DNA from: a virus
Taxonomy: Duplodnaviria > Caudoviricetes
Strand: one strand, 5' to 3'
DNA length: 44,922 nucleotides
IMG/VR virus record: IMGVR_UViG_3300033067_000720
Location: 1 to 44,922 of that record
In this document: positions 1-8,535 of the stretch, piece after piece
Position numbering within the stretch: position 1 is the stretch's first letter
Layout: every line of letters begins with the position of its first letter
The notes under the pieces: generated by a model
Databases searched by the model: none
Told to the model about the DNA's origin: nothing
What the model saw: the letters and a program-made list of their open reading frames with translations, nothing else
Translations under genes and position numbers: made by a program

Positions 1-47
1 GCGGACTCGATACCGGTCTTGAGTGCGACCAGTGCGGCGCTGACCTC

Positions 48-710
48 ATGCCGATCTATACGGCGTTTAAAGAATCCCTGAGCGGGGGCAACCCCGGCGA
101 ACCGAAAGCCTGCACCCCGGCTGAGGAACGCGGCATTGTGGGTGCCACTGGTGCGGGACAACCTCCCGATGGCAACCCGGAAAGCACGGGTGACAGTGCG
201 GACAGGCGCTCACCTGATGACACTACTGGACCGTCATCGCCGGACGAGAGTCACCGGCACTTTGAACGCGGCTGCTACGTCATCATGGAACTGATGCAGG
301 CGTATGAGAGGCGCGTCCGCTCGGACTGCACGACTCAGGAGCAGATCGACAAGCGCCCTTGGGAGTGCGCCGAATACATCAAGGCAGCGGAATATCTGCG
401 GAAGGTGTGGCCCCCTCACGAACCGAGCGGATGGCAGCCTATCGAAACCGCGCCGAAGGGCCGCAATGTTCTCGTGGCGTACCAGAACAAGCTAGGCAAG
501 TGGCGCATGGTCCGCGCTTGCTACTACGAGGCCGGCACTCTCATGACCGACGACAGCGTTGAAGAGCCTTACTGCGACGAGGACGGCTATGCGCATCCCG
601 GCTGGTACGAGGAATGCGAGTCGCAGGAGTACATCAACCGCACGGATGAGGAGCCGGTCTTATGGCATCCGCTGCCTGCGCTACCTCCAACGAAGGAACC
701 GACTCCATGA
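48..710 (+). CDS. Modular hypothetical protein with C-terminal DUF551-like domain; may start before position 1
   Basis: WQPIETAPK...LWHPLPALP signature of DUF551-type phage proteins. The frame is open back to position 3 (…ECDQCGADLM). Confidence 0.7.
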   Translation: MPIYTAFKESLSGGNPGEPKACTPAEERGIVGATGAGQPPDGNPESTGDSADRRSPDDTTGPSSPDESHRHFERGCYVIMELMQAYERRVRSDCTTQEQIDKRPWECAEYIKAAEYLRKVWPPHEPSGWQPIETAPKGRNVLVAYQNKLGKWRMVRACYYEAGTLMTDDSVEEPYCDEDGYAHPGWYEECESQEYINRTDEEPVLWHPLPALPPTKEPTP

Positions 711-943
711 AAACCGCCATCTATATCGAGGACGGCGTGGTTCAGCTAGTTCTGACGCCCGAGAACAAGTTTGAAAAGGACGCGCTCGTGAGCTTCGAGA
801 ACAAGCCACTGCGCACGATCATTAGGACGGGCACGTTCTACGACTGCCAGGGCGGGTGGACGCGTCACAGCAATCAGGACAACAGCCTGATCGTTCGCGC
901 TGATCTGCGTGGCTCTCAGGAAACGACAGGAGGCCAGCCGTGA
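707..943 (+). CDS. Hypothetical phage protein (78 aa)
   Basis: ATGA overlap with upstream stop; AAGGA SD; MKTAIYIEDG... Confidence 0.75.
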   Translation: MKTAIYIEDGVVQLVLTPENKFEKDALVSFENKPLRTIIRTGTFYDCQGGWTRHSNQDNSLIVRADLRGSQETTGGQP

Positions 944-1113
944 TCGACTTGGACCATGAACTTGTATTGAAGAACCCGCACCTGTGGGATGAGGCGACTC
1001 TCCAATGGGCGCTGGATCAGAAACAGGCGTGGGACGACTACGAAGAGGACGGCCCGCAGGATCTGGAAACAACGCTGGACTCCGCGCTTGAGCGCAGCCC
1101 TGTGCGTCGATGA
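940..1113 (+). CDS. Small acidic hypothetical protein (57 aa, not in ORF track)
   Basis: GTGA overlap with upstream stop; AGGAGG SD; MIDLDHELVLKNPHLWDE... Confidence 0.65.
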   Translation: MIDLDHELVLKNPHLWDEATLQWALDQKQAWDDYEEDGPQDLETTLDSALERSPVRR

Positions 1114-1117
1114 GATA

Positions 1118-1160
1118 GTTGTGCATTTAGGCGCGTTTTGCTAGATACTTCTAGTAAGGG
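1118..1160 (+). promoter_or_regulatory. Putative phage-sigma promoter P1, upstream of DNA polymerase
   Basis: GTTGTGCA-N17-AGATACTTCTAGTAAGGG; both boxes and the spacer length are identical to the copy at 39181. Confidence 0.75.
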
Positions 1161-1163
1161 AGA

Positions 1164-3152
1164 ATGAATTTGCTGCCACCGTTCCTGAATAACCTCGATC
1201 CGTATATCTATCTGGGCAACAACTACGTCGTCCTGGACTTCGAGATCGACGTGCAGGACGGGGCGTACGGGCACGCTGCGCACGCGGGCAACTCGCTCCT
1301 CCTGGCCTGCTGGAGGCTAGGCAGGGGTCATCAATTCTACAACTGGGCGCAGGGGAAGACGCAGGCTGCCTGGGCCGACGAGTTCGAGCAGCACGATCTG
1401 GAAGAGGCGATTGCGTTCGCGGACTTCGTTGTGGCACACAATGCGAAGTACGAGTTGGGCTGGCTCAAGCGCTGCGGCCTTGATCTCCGCAAGGTCCTCG
1501 TATTCGACACGAAGCTGGGAGAGTACGTGCTGATGGGGAATCTGGCCGCGGGGGACGAGTTCAATGCCCCGCGCAGTATCAGCCTGGACGCATGCTGCCG
1601 CCGTCGCGGCTGGCGTCCGAAGGACCCCGTCGTGGACATCATGATGGGGCATGGGATCAATCCTGCGAGCATGCCGCGCCCGTGGCTAGAGGGCCGGTGT
1701 CGGCAAGACGTTGAATCGACAGAACGCCTGTTCCTGGACCAGAGAGTTACGCTCTCTGCAACGACCCGCCTGCCTGTCCTCTATACACGGTGCTTGCTGA
1801 CGCCGGTCCTCGCAGAGATGGAGTTCGAGGGGATGGCGCTCGACCCTGAGCGCGTAGAAAAGGCGTACTGGGAATCCCAGGCCGAGTTCAAGGAGCTCCA
1901 GGCAGAGATGGACTCCATGACTGGGGGCATCAACTGGCGCTCTTCGAAGCAGATTGGCGAGTTCATCTACGACAAGTTGCAGTTCGACGAATTGCGCAAG
2001 CCAGGAGGGGAGCCCAAGCGCACGCCTGATGGCAAGCGCAAGACGGACCAGAAGACGATCGACGCACTACAGGCGCGGACGCCGGAGCAGAAGGCATTCG
2101 TAGCCCTGCGCAAGAAGCTTGGGAAGGTGGCTGCAGCGCTCACGAAAAATTTAGAATTTTTTCGGGGGGTATGCGTAGAACGGAATTCTGTATTCCTGGC
2201 GGAATTCCAGCAGACAAACACAGCAACGCATCGGCTCTCAAGTACCGGCGTTCCTATTACGTTCGAGCTCTTCAAGGACGAAGACGGCGAGCCACAGACC
2301 AAGTCGGTGCAGTTCCAGAACCTGCCGCGCAGGTTCAAGCGGCTGTTCCGTGCGAAGCGTGAAGGCTTCCTGATGGCAGAGCCGGACGGAGCGCAGCTGG
2401 AGTTCCGCATTGCGGGGCAACTATCCGGGGATCGGCAGATCATCTCGGACATTGCGGACCCTGACTTCGATGCGCATGTGACCAGCGGCGCTGCGATGGA
2501 GCAGAGGGACTACGCGGAGATGCTTGCGGCATATCGGGCCGGGGACAAGAAGACCGCGGAGCAGCGGCAGCAGGCCAAGTCAGAGACGTTCAAGCCCCTC
2601 TATGGCGGGAGCAGGGGGACGAAGAAGCAGGAGCGCTGGTACGAGCAGTTCAAGGCTCGCTACGAAGATCTTGCGAAGACCCAGGCTGGCTGGGTAGCCC
2701 GGGTGGTGAAGGACAAGATGCTGGTGACGGAGTGGGGCATGCGGTACTACTGGCCGCACGCCAGGATTTCCAGCAGCGGGTACGTGAATGTGACTGCAGC
2801 GGTGTACAACTACCCCGTGCAGGCGTTTGCTACCGCGGAGGTGATTCCGATTGCGATTGTTTATCTGTGGCACCTGATCGAAGAGCACGGGCTGGGGGAC
2901 AAGGTATTCTTCGTAAACACCGTGCATGACTCGCTCGCAGCGGAGGTACATCCTGATGTAGTCGACCAGTTCAGAGCGCTCGTCACGGAAGCGTTCACGC
3001 ACAGAGTCTTTGAGTATGTTCGCCAGGTGTACAAGATGGAGTTCCGCGTGCCCCTGGGCGCGGGCTTCAAGGTAGGAACGCACTTGGGCGAGGGCGAAGA
3101 AGAGAAGATCGACGTATGGCCTGATGGCCGGGAGCAGAGGAAAGCAGCATGA
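1164..3152 (+). CDS. polA: Family A DNA polymerase with N-terminal 3'-5' exonuclease
   Basis: Exonuclease motifs LDFE and HNAKYE; THRLSS; QFQNLP; motif A DGAQLEFR; motif B RQQAKSETFKPLYG; motif C TVHDS. Confidence 0.97.
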   Translation: MNLLPPFLNNLDPYIYLGNNYVVLDFEIDVQDGAYGHAAHAGNSLLLACWRLGRGHQFYNWAQGKTQAAWADEFEQHDLEEAIAFADFVVAHNAKYELGWLKRCGLDLRKVLVFDTKLGEYVLMGNLAAGDEFNAPRSISLDACCRRRGWRPKDPVVDIMMGHGINPASMPRPWLEGRCRQDVESTERLFLDQRVTLSATTRLPVLYTRCLLTPVLAEMEFEGMALDPERVEKAYWESQAEFKELQAEMDSMTGGINWRSSKQIGEFIYDKLQFDELRKPGGEPKRTPDGKRKTDQKTIDALQARTPEQKAFVALRKKLGKVAAALTKNLEFFRGVCVERNSVFLAEFQQTNTATHRLSSTGVPITFELFKDEDGEPQTKSVQFQNLPRRFKRLFRAKREGFLMAEPDGAQLEFRIAGQLSGDRQIISDIADPDFDAHVTSGAAMEQRDYAEMLAAYRAGDKKTAEQRQQAKSETFKPLYGGSRGTKKQERWYEQFKARYEDLAKTQAGWVARVVKDKMLVTEWGMRYYWPHARISSSGYVNVTAAVYNYPVQAFATAEVIPIAIVYLWHLIEEHGLGDKVFFVNTVHDSLAAEVHPDVVDQFRALVTEAFTHRVFEYVRQVYKMEFRVPLGAGFKVGTHLGEGEEEKIDVWPDGREQRKAA

Positions 3153-3304
3153 GCGACGGGGATTTCGAGGTTGTGACTCCGGAGCGCTATCGGGAATTGC
3201 TGCAGGCAGAGCGCATTTTGAATGCGCTCCGTGCTGGCGGAGTGGATAACTGGGAATACTACGACGACGCCCTTGCGGCGCTGGGAGAAGATGACGATGA
3301 GTGA
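3149..3304 (+). CDS. Small conserved phage protein (51 aa, not in ORF track)
   Basis: ATGA overlap; LNALRAGGVDNWEYYDDA matches the common phage 'GVDNW' small-protein motif. Confidence 0.75.
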   Translation: MSDGDFEVVTPERYRELLQAERILNALRAGGVDNWEYYDDALAALGEDDDE

Positions 3305-4055
3305 AGCACAGCAGTACACGGGCAAGGTCGCTCGTGTGTTCAAGAAGGAAGGCACGAACAGGCGCGGCAAGTGGTTCGCGTACTCGTTCAAGATCGAGGG
3401 GTACGACACCCTGATCCGCTTTGGGTTCGGCAAGCAGTTGCCGTTCAGCGAGGGGGATGAGATCGAGGTCTCTGCAGCGGTCACGGACGCTGCTGCAGAC
3501 GTCGCGGACTATGTCGAGGGTAGCGGTCGGGTTATCACACGCTCAGCCGCAGCGGCCTCCCCGGCTGCTCCTGCGCTGGCTCCCAAGGCAGCCCCGAAGG
3601 TAGCTGCCAAGGCCGCTACCCCGGCACCCGCTGCTGCTCCGGCTGCGCCCGCAGCCAAGAGCGGCTACCAGGCCGAGAAGGCTAACCGCGAGGCGTACTG
3701 GGAGAACAAGGAGAAGCGGGATATCGAGGAGACGGAGCCTCGTATCCGCTACCAGAACGCCCGCAGCGCAGCGATCGAGGTCATCGGCCTCTTGCTGCAG
3801 CACGATGCCCTGCCGGCGTCGGCAGCCAAGACCAAGGCAGGACAGGCCAAGCGCTTCGATGAGATCACCGCCGCCGTCGACAAGCTGACGGTGCAGTATT
3901 TCACGGACACCGGCACGCTGCGCTTGCTGGAGACCGTGGCCGACGGTCGTATCGAGGGCGCTGCGCCGGCTCCCCTGCCTCCGGATACGGAGCAGGAAGA
4001 GGAGCAGACGGAAGGCGGCGAAGGCGAGGAGACGCAGGGCGAGGAGCGCTTCTGA
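3297..4055 (+). CDS. Probable single-stranded DNA-binding protein
   Basis: Beta-rich N-terminus, Ala/Pro/Lys linker and acidic tail ending in Phe (EETQGEERF); follows DNA polymerase. Confidence 0.7.
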   Translation: MSEAQQYTGKVARVFKKEGTNRRGKWFAYSFKIEGYDTLIRFGFGKQLPFSEGDEIEVSAAVTDAAADVADYVEGSGRVITRSAAAASPAAPALAPKAAPKVAAKAATPAPAAAPAAPAAKSGYQAEKANREAYWENKEKRDIEETEPRIRYQNARSAAIEVIGLLLQHDALPASAAKTKAGQAKRFDEITAAVDKLTVQYFTDTGTLRLLETVADGRIEGAAPAPLPPDTEQEEEQTEGGEGEETQGEERF

Positions 4056-4318
4056 TGGAGCCGCAAATCGGAAAGGTCATCCACGAGACGGAGGACTTCG
4101 CAGTCGAGATCCGCGTCGGTACGTACGCGGACATGCTCTTCAAGGGACTGCCGGCATACGCCATTGTGAACAAGCGAACGGGTGTCGTGGAGGCAGAAGG
4201 CCGTGTCGAGGCCGACTGCATTCGCGCAGTGCACGAGTTCCAGGCGGGGCTGACTGAAGCTGTCGGAGATCCGACTGGCGCGCTGGCCAGGCTGAATCCT
4301 TCGACGGGCAAGCACTGA
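4055..4318 (+). CDS. Hypothetical protein
   Basis: TGATG coupling; phage-like codon usage. Confidence 0.7.
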   Translation: MEPQIGKVIHETEDFAVEIRVGTYADMLFKGLPAYAIVNKRTGVVEAEGRVEADCIRAVHEFQAGLTEAVGDPTGALARLNPSTGKH

Positions 4319-4343
4319 GTAGTAGACGGGCCTAACGGTCCTT

Positions 4344-4365
4344 GGAGCAGGGACGCTCCTCTTTT
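4344..4365 (+). terminator. Putative intrinsic terminator
   Basis: GGAGC/GCTCC stem followed by TCTTTT. Confidence 0.5.
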
Positions 4366-4377
4366 CAGGAGAATCAG

Positions 4378-4656
4378 ATGACTACAGGGCAGGATCTGAA
4401 AGCGCAGATGGAAGCAAGCATAGCGCTTGCGACCGCAACGTGGCAGTTTGAGTATGCTGAAAAGCTGCGCCAGAAGCAGAAGTTCCGTGCGTACAAGCAG
4501 CAGCATCGCCAGCTGCAGCAGGCCCACCGCCTGCTGGTGCTGGAGCACAAAGAGCTGAGGGCCAAGTACGTTAACGCGTGCTCGCATATTATGAGCCTGG
4601 AGTGCGAGCTAGGAGAGTTCGCGCAGAAGCGCAGCCACTTTCCGACGGAGGACTGA
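4378..4656 (+). CDS. Hypothetical coiled-coil protein
   Basis: AGGAG SD before ATG 4378; stop coupled to the next gene. Confidence 0.7.
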   Translation: MTTGQDLKAQMEASIALATATWQFEYAEKLRQKQKFRAYKQQHRQLQQAHRLLVLEHKELRAKYVNACSHIMSLECELGEFAQKRSHFPTED

Positions 4657-5720
4657 TGCATCTCAATGTGGACGGAGATCCGCTGATCTACCGCTGCGGC
4701 TTTGCTGCGGAGGAGCATGCGTACGACGTAACCGTGGAGGATGCGGAAGGTGTGATGCATCAGCGCCTGTTCCGTCCGCAGCCGTCACCAGACGGCAAGA
4801 GCAAGGGCAAGTCTGCGGGCGATCAGATGAAGGTGTACCTCGCAGGCCTGCCTGTCGGATCGACGCTCGTCTCGAAGGAGAAGATCGTCACGGCGGAGCC
4901 GCTGGATCACGCCTGTCAGATCCTGGGCCAGACGATGCGCAAGCTGATCGAGGAGATCCGCGAGCACGCCAAGAAGCTCGGAACCAAAGAAGAGCTGGAC
5001 GTCTCTGTGTTCCTATCGGGCGAGAACAACTATCGAAAGGAAGTTGCCACCATCAAGCCCTACAAGGGTAACCGGGACGCTGACACTCGTCCTGTACACT
5101 ACGCTGCGCTGCGCCAGTACCTTGTGAATCAGTGGGGGGCCATCCTCGTACACGATCGAGAGGCGGACGACGAGCTGAGCATCCGCGGATGGGCAGGGCT
5201 AGAGGAGGTTCGCGCAGGGCTGCGCAAGGAGCTTCCGATCATCTCCACGATCGACAAGGACCTGGACCAGGTCCCAGGGCTGCACTACGACTACGTGAAG
5301 AAGGTGTTCTATGAGATTTGGGAACATGATGCGCAGGATGCCTTCTGGCGTCAGTGTCTGTCTGGCGATGCTACTGATAATATTGGCGGTTGCTTCCGGA
5401 TTGGTAATGTCGCAGCTGAGAAAGCTGTGGCTTCGTATCATGAGGCGGGGCTAGACGATGCAGGAATCTGGAAGGCCATCGTTGATACCTACCAGCACTC
5501 AATCGACGTTCATGGCGATAAGACGGGCTATGCTGCGCTTGGAGCGGAAGCAGCTGCTCTCGAAGTGGCGCGATTGGTCTACATGCAGCGCGTGCCTGAC
5601 GAACTGTGGACTCCGCCAGGAGCCGACAGCCTGACGGTGTCGGCGTGGCGCAAGGCGAAGGCAAAGCCGAAGAAGGGGAGGAAGCCTCGTGGCAATAAGC
5701 AAACAGCGAAGGATCAGTGA
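4656..5720 (+). CDS. 5'-3' exonuclease (T7 gp6/FEN-like)
   Basis: DGDPLIY, YKGNR, EADD, TIDKDLDQVPG and GDATDNIGG motifs. Confidence 0.93.
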   Translation: MHLNVDGDPLIYRCGFAAEEHAYDVTVEDAEGVMHQRLFRPQPSPDGKSKGKSAGDQMKVYLAGLPVGSTLVSKEKIVTAEPLDHACQILGQTMRKLIEEIREHAKKLGTKEELDVSVFLSGENNYRKEVATIKPYKGNRDADTRPVHYAALRQYLVNQWGAILVHDREADDELSIRGWAGLEEVRAGLRKELPIISTIDKDLDQVPGLHYDYVKKVFYEIWEHDAQDAFWRQCLSGDATDNIGGCFRIGNVAAEKAVASYHEAGLDDAGIWKAIVDTYQHSIDVHGDKTGYAALGAEAAALEVARLVYMQRVPDELWTPPGADSLTVSAWRKAKAKPKKGRKPRGNKQTAKDQ

Positions 5721-5880
5721 TGCGATGGTTCGCGTCGAAGAGGCAGCAGTCTCTCTGACTCAGGTGGTGCGGGTGGCGATGTCCCGGCAGGAGTTCCCGT
5801 CATGGGAGCAGCGCGACCTGATGCAGAAGGCACGGCAGTATGCGTCCGAAATGAATCGACTGACGAGGGTGCGCAAGTGA
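5689..5880 (+). CDS. Hypothetical protein
   Basis: ORF bridging the exonuclease and the next gene, with GTGA coupling. Confidence 0.55.
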   Translation: MAISKQRRISDAMVRVEEAAVSLTQVVRVAMSRQEFPSWEQRDLMQKARQYASEMNRLTRVRK

Positions 5881-6731
5881 GCCGCCGCTTTCCAGAAAAG
5901 CTGGTTACAGCCTTGAGCTTTAGCGGCGGCAGGGGAAGTACGTGCCTTCTGGCAATGGTCCTGGACGGGGAAATTCCTCGCCCCAGAAACTTCATAGTGC
6001 TGAACGCGGATCCAGGTATGGAGAATACGGAAACCTATGCGATCGTGGCAGAGTACGAAGCAGAGTGCAAGCGGCACGGCATACCCTTCTTGCGGACAAG
6101 ACGTAATTTGTACGAGGAAATCCTTGCGCTAAAAAGTAGCAAGAAGACTAGGTTCGATACCCCGCCCTTGTGGACTAAAGATCCTGTTACAGGTAAACGA
6201 GGGCGGCTGCTGCAGAAGTGTACTTATGCATATAAGATCGCGCCTATGGACCGCGCTTTGCGCCTTTGGATGGATGAGACTCTTGGCGTTCCAAAGACCT
6301 CGAAAAATATAGGAACAGGAACCGTGTCGAAATGGATTGGGTTTTCAGATGATGAGTGGAGTAGAGTCAAGACTCCTCGCGTTAAATACACGGTATTCGA
6401 GTATCCGTTGATTGATAGGCGCATGAAGGACGCCGACTTGAGCGCATATTTATACAAGGCCGGTCGACGCGTACCCCCACGCTCCGTATGTAGTGGCTGC
6501 TACGCCAATGATGTTGGGTACTTTAAACAGATGTTCATAGAGAGGCCGCACAACTGGGACCAGGCGGTTGCGATTGATGACGCGATTCGTGATCTAACCC
6601 AGATAGGCGTTCGCCACGAGTGTTTTGTTAGCTCTACTCTAGTTCCTCTAAGGGTCATGGCCGCGATGAATTTTGAGAATCTGCAAGATCAGGAGTTAGT
6701 GGCCTGCCATACGGGGCATTGCTTTGTGTAA
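5877..6731 (+). CDS. PAPS-reductase/PP-loop family protein with Cys clusters
   Basis: SFSGGRGS PP-loop, ADPGME, CTxxxKIxP, IGFSxDE, YPL, RSVCSGC, C-terminal CHTGHC. Confidence 0.8.
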   Translation: MSRRFPEKLVTALSFSGGRGSTCLLAMVLDGEIPRPRNFIVLNADPGMENTETYAIVAEYEAECKRHGIPFLRTRRNLYEEILALKSSKKTRFDTPPLWTKDPVTGKRGRLLQKCTYAYKIAPMDRALRLWMDETLGVPKTSKNIGTGTVSKWIGFSDDEWSRVKTPRVKYTVFEYPLIDRRMKDADLSAYLYKAGRRVPPRSVCSGCYANDVGYFKQMFIERPHNWDQAVAIDDAIRDLTQIGVRHECFVSSTLVPLRVMAAMNFENLQDQELVACHTGHCFV

Positions 6732-6743
6732 CAGGAGAAGCGA

Positions 6744-6881
6744 GTGAGCAGGAAAGACAAGCCGATGTCTAGGTGGAATGCAGGGAATGAGCGATATTCG
6801 AAGGATCAGCTGGCGTATATCGCTCGCCGGTACCACGAGCAGCCGGGCTGGCACAAGGGAGCGAGGGTATACCGCAAATGA
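6744..6881 (+). CDS. Small basic hypothetical protein (45 aa, not in ORF track)
   Basis: AGGAG SD at 6733, GTG start, stop overlaps the HD gene ATG (ATGA). Confidence 0.55.
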   Translation: MSRKDKPMSRWNAGNERYSKDQLAYIARRYHEQPGWHKGARVYRK

Positions 6882-7471
6882 GCAGCAAGCCGTGGATCGG
6901 ATGGATCGAGACACAGAACGGGACGTTCTGTCTGGACTCCCCGGTGTTCCGTATTACGGACATCGCGCATGCCCTTGGGCAGATCGCTCGCTTCAACGGG
7001 CATGGCCGGTTCTTCTACAGCGTAGCGGAGCACAGCTGCTTGGTGGCAGCCATCATGGAAGAGCTTGACATCGGAGACCCCTTCGAGGGGCTGATGCACG
7101 ATGCTACGGAGGCGTACCTCTCGGATGTACCATCGCCCTTCAAGGCGATGCTGCCTGACTGGCATCGCATGGACGGCGTCCTCACGGAAAAGATGCGCCG
7201 GCACTTTGCGTTGCCTATCTGCATGACCGAGGAGTGCAAGGTGGCGGATACGCTGGCGCTGTTCCTGGAGGCGCACGAGCTGATGCCGAGCCGCGGACGC
7301 TTGGAGCACTGGGCCTCGCCAGAGGCCCTGGAGCTGCAGCCGCAGGCAGACTGGTTGCGCGAGGAGCGGGGCTTCGGGCTTGAGGCATGGGGACCTAACA
7401 GGTCCACTGCGGAGTTCCAGAACTTCTTCAACAAGCTCCAGGCCCGAAAGCGCCATGCCGCGAGCGCGTAA
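6878..7471 (+). CDS. HD-domain phosphohydrolase (YfbR-like 5'-deoxynucleotidase)
   Basis: DIAHAL...RFNGH...YSVAEHS...LMHDATEAYLSDVPSPFK...KVAD. Confidence 0.9.
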   Translation: MSSKPWIGWIETQNGTFCLDSPVFRITDIAHALGQIARFNGHGRFFYSVAEHSCLVAAIMEELDIGDPFEGLMHDATEAYLSDVPSPFKAMLPDWHRMDGVLTEKMRRHFALPICMTEECKVADTLALFLEAHELMPSRGRLEHWASPEALELQPQADWLREERGFGLEAWGPNRSTAEFQNFFNKLQARKRHAASA

Positions 7472-7976
7472 GAAGAAGCCGGCGTTCGGTGGAGAGCGCG
7501 TAGGCACGAAGAAGAGCGACCGCCGCTGGCGGACGCCGGACGGGGAGGAGTGGGCAAGCCGGTTCGAGGCGCAAGTCTACTACGCCCTCAAGGAGCAGGG
7601 AGTCAATGTCAGACGCTGTACCTCCGCAGATAGCATGTCTTATACGGACAGCGTCAAGCTGGGACGGTGTGCTCAGTGCGGAAGCAACGAAGTTGTTACA
7701 GACCGGAGTTATACCCCGGATCTATGTGTGTATCCCGCTGGGGTCAGGACAGACGACAATCGCCGATGCTATTTTATTGAAGCAAAGGGCTATCTACGGG
7801 CAGATCGGCGTAGGCTTCTCCGAAGTTTCGCGAAGACCGGGCCGCTTATTGATCTGCGCTTACTCTTTGAAGCCGACATCAAAGTCGGCAAAGGACGGAT
7901 CACCGACTGGTGTCGCTCCTACCTGAAGAAGCCCTGCGCTGTGTGGGACGGGAAGCTACCGGATGCTTGGAAATGA
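7455..7976 (+). CDS. Endonuclease I-like Holliday junction resolvase with Zn-ribbon insert
   Basis: SRFE...YTPD...IEAKG.L...DR PD-(D/E)xK pattern; CAQCGS insert. Confidence 0.85.
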   Translation: MPRARKKKPAFGGERVGTKKSDRRWRTPDGEEWASRFEAQVYYALKEQGVNVRRCTSADSMSYTDSVKLGRCAQCGSNEVVTDRSYTPDLCVYPAGVRTDDNRRCYFIEAKGYLRADRRRLLRSFAKTGPLIDLRLLFEADIKVGKGRITDWCRSYLKKPCAVWDGKLPDAWK

Positions 7977-8296
7977 ATTCTGAATACGAACTTGTTTACG
8001 ATCACGTAACAAAGAAAACTACATTTGGGCATCATCTGGTCCTGCCAAAGAGACGCGGATACGTAGTAGATCATATCAACGGTAACAAGAAAGACAATCG
8101 ACCAGAGAATCTACGGTATCTACGACATGCCGATAATTGCGTGCATAGGCACTCCGCTACTGCAGGAATTGATTTTATCTATAATAGATGGCGTGCACGC
8201 TACCGAAGCCGTCATCTAGGACTCTTCCTTTCTAGGGAAGAGGCACTCAATGCACGACGGGCTGCTCTACAAGCTGACGAGGAGACGTGGAGATGA
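7973..8296 (+). CDS. HNH endonuclease with AP2-like C-terminus
   Basis: VDHINGNKKDNRPENLR; RWRAR...HLGLF.SREEA; AT-rich. Confidence 0.88.
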   Translation: MNSEYELVYDHVTKKTTFGHHLVLPKRRGYVVDHINGNKKDNRPENLRYLRHADNCVHRHSATAGIDFIYNRWRARYRSRHLGLFLSREEALNARRAALQADEETWR

Positions 8297-8535
8297 ATCA
8301 GAAGAAGGCTAAGCTGCTGCGCTGGCAAGCGCGTAACGGCTATGGAGTGGATCCGCAGACGACGTACCAGATCATTCAGGTGCCAAAGAGCACGACCAAC
8401 GTACGGCGGGGCTCTTTCCCGATCGTGAAGCAGGACGGCACGACGGAGCGCGTCTGGCCGAAGACGGCGAAGCAGGCCCGGCTCAAGCCGGGGTGCGTTC
8501 GGCATCAGTACAAGCAACTCAAGAGGGCCGCATAA
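8293..8535 (+). CDS. Basic hypothetical protein
   Basis: ATGA and TAATG coupling on both sides. Confidence 0.7.
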   Translation: MNQKKAKLLRWQARNGYGVDPQTTYQIIQVPKSTTNVRRGSFPIVKQDGTTERVWPKTAKQARLKPGCVRHQYKQLKRAA

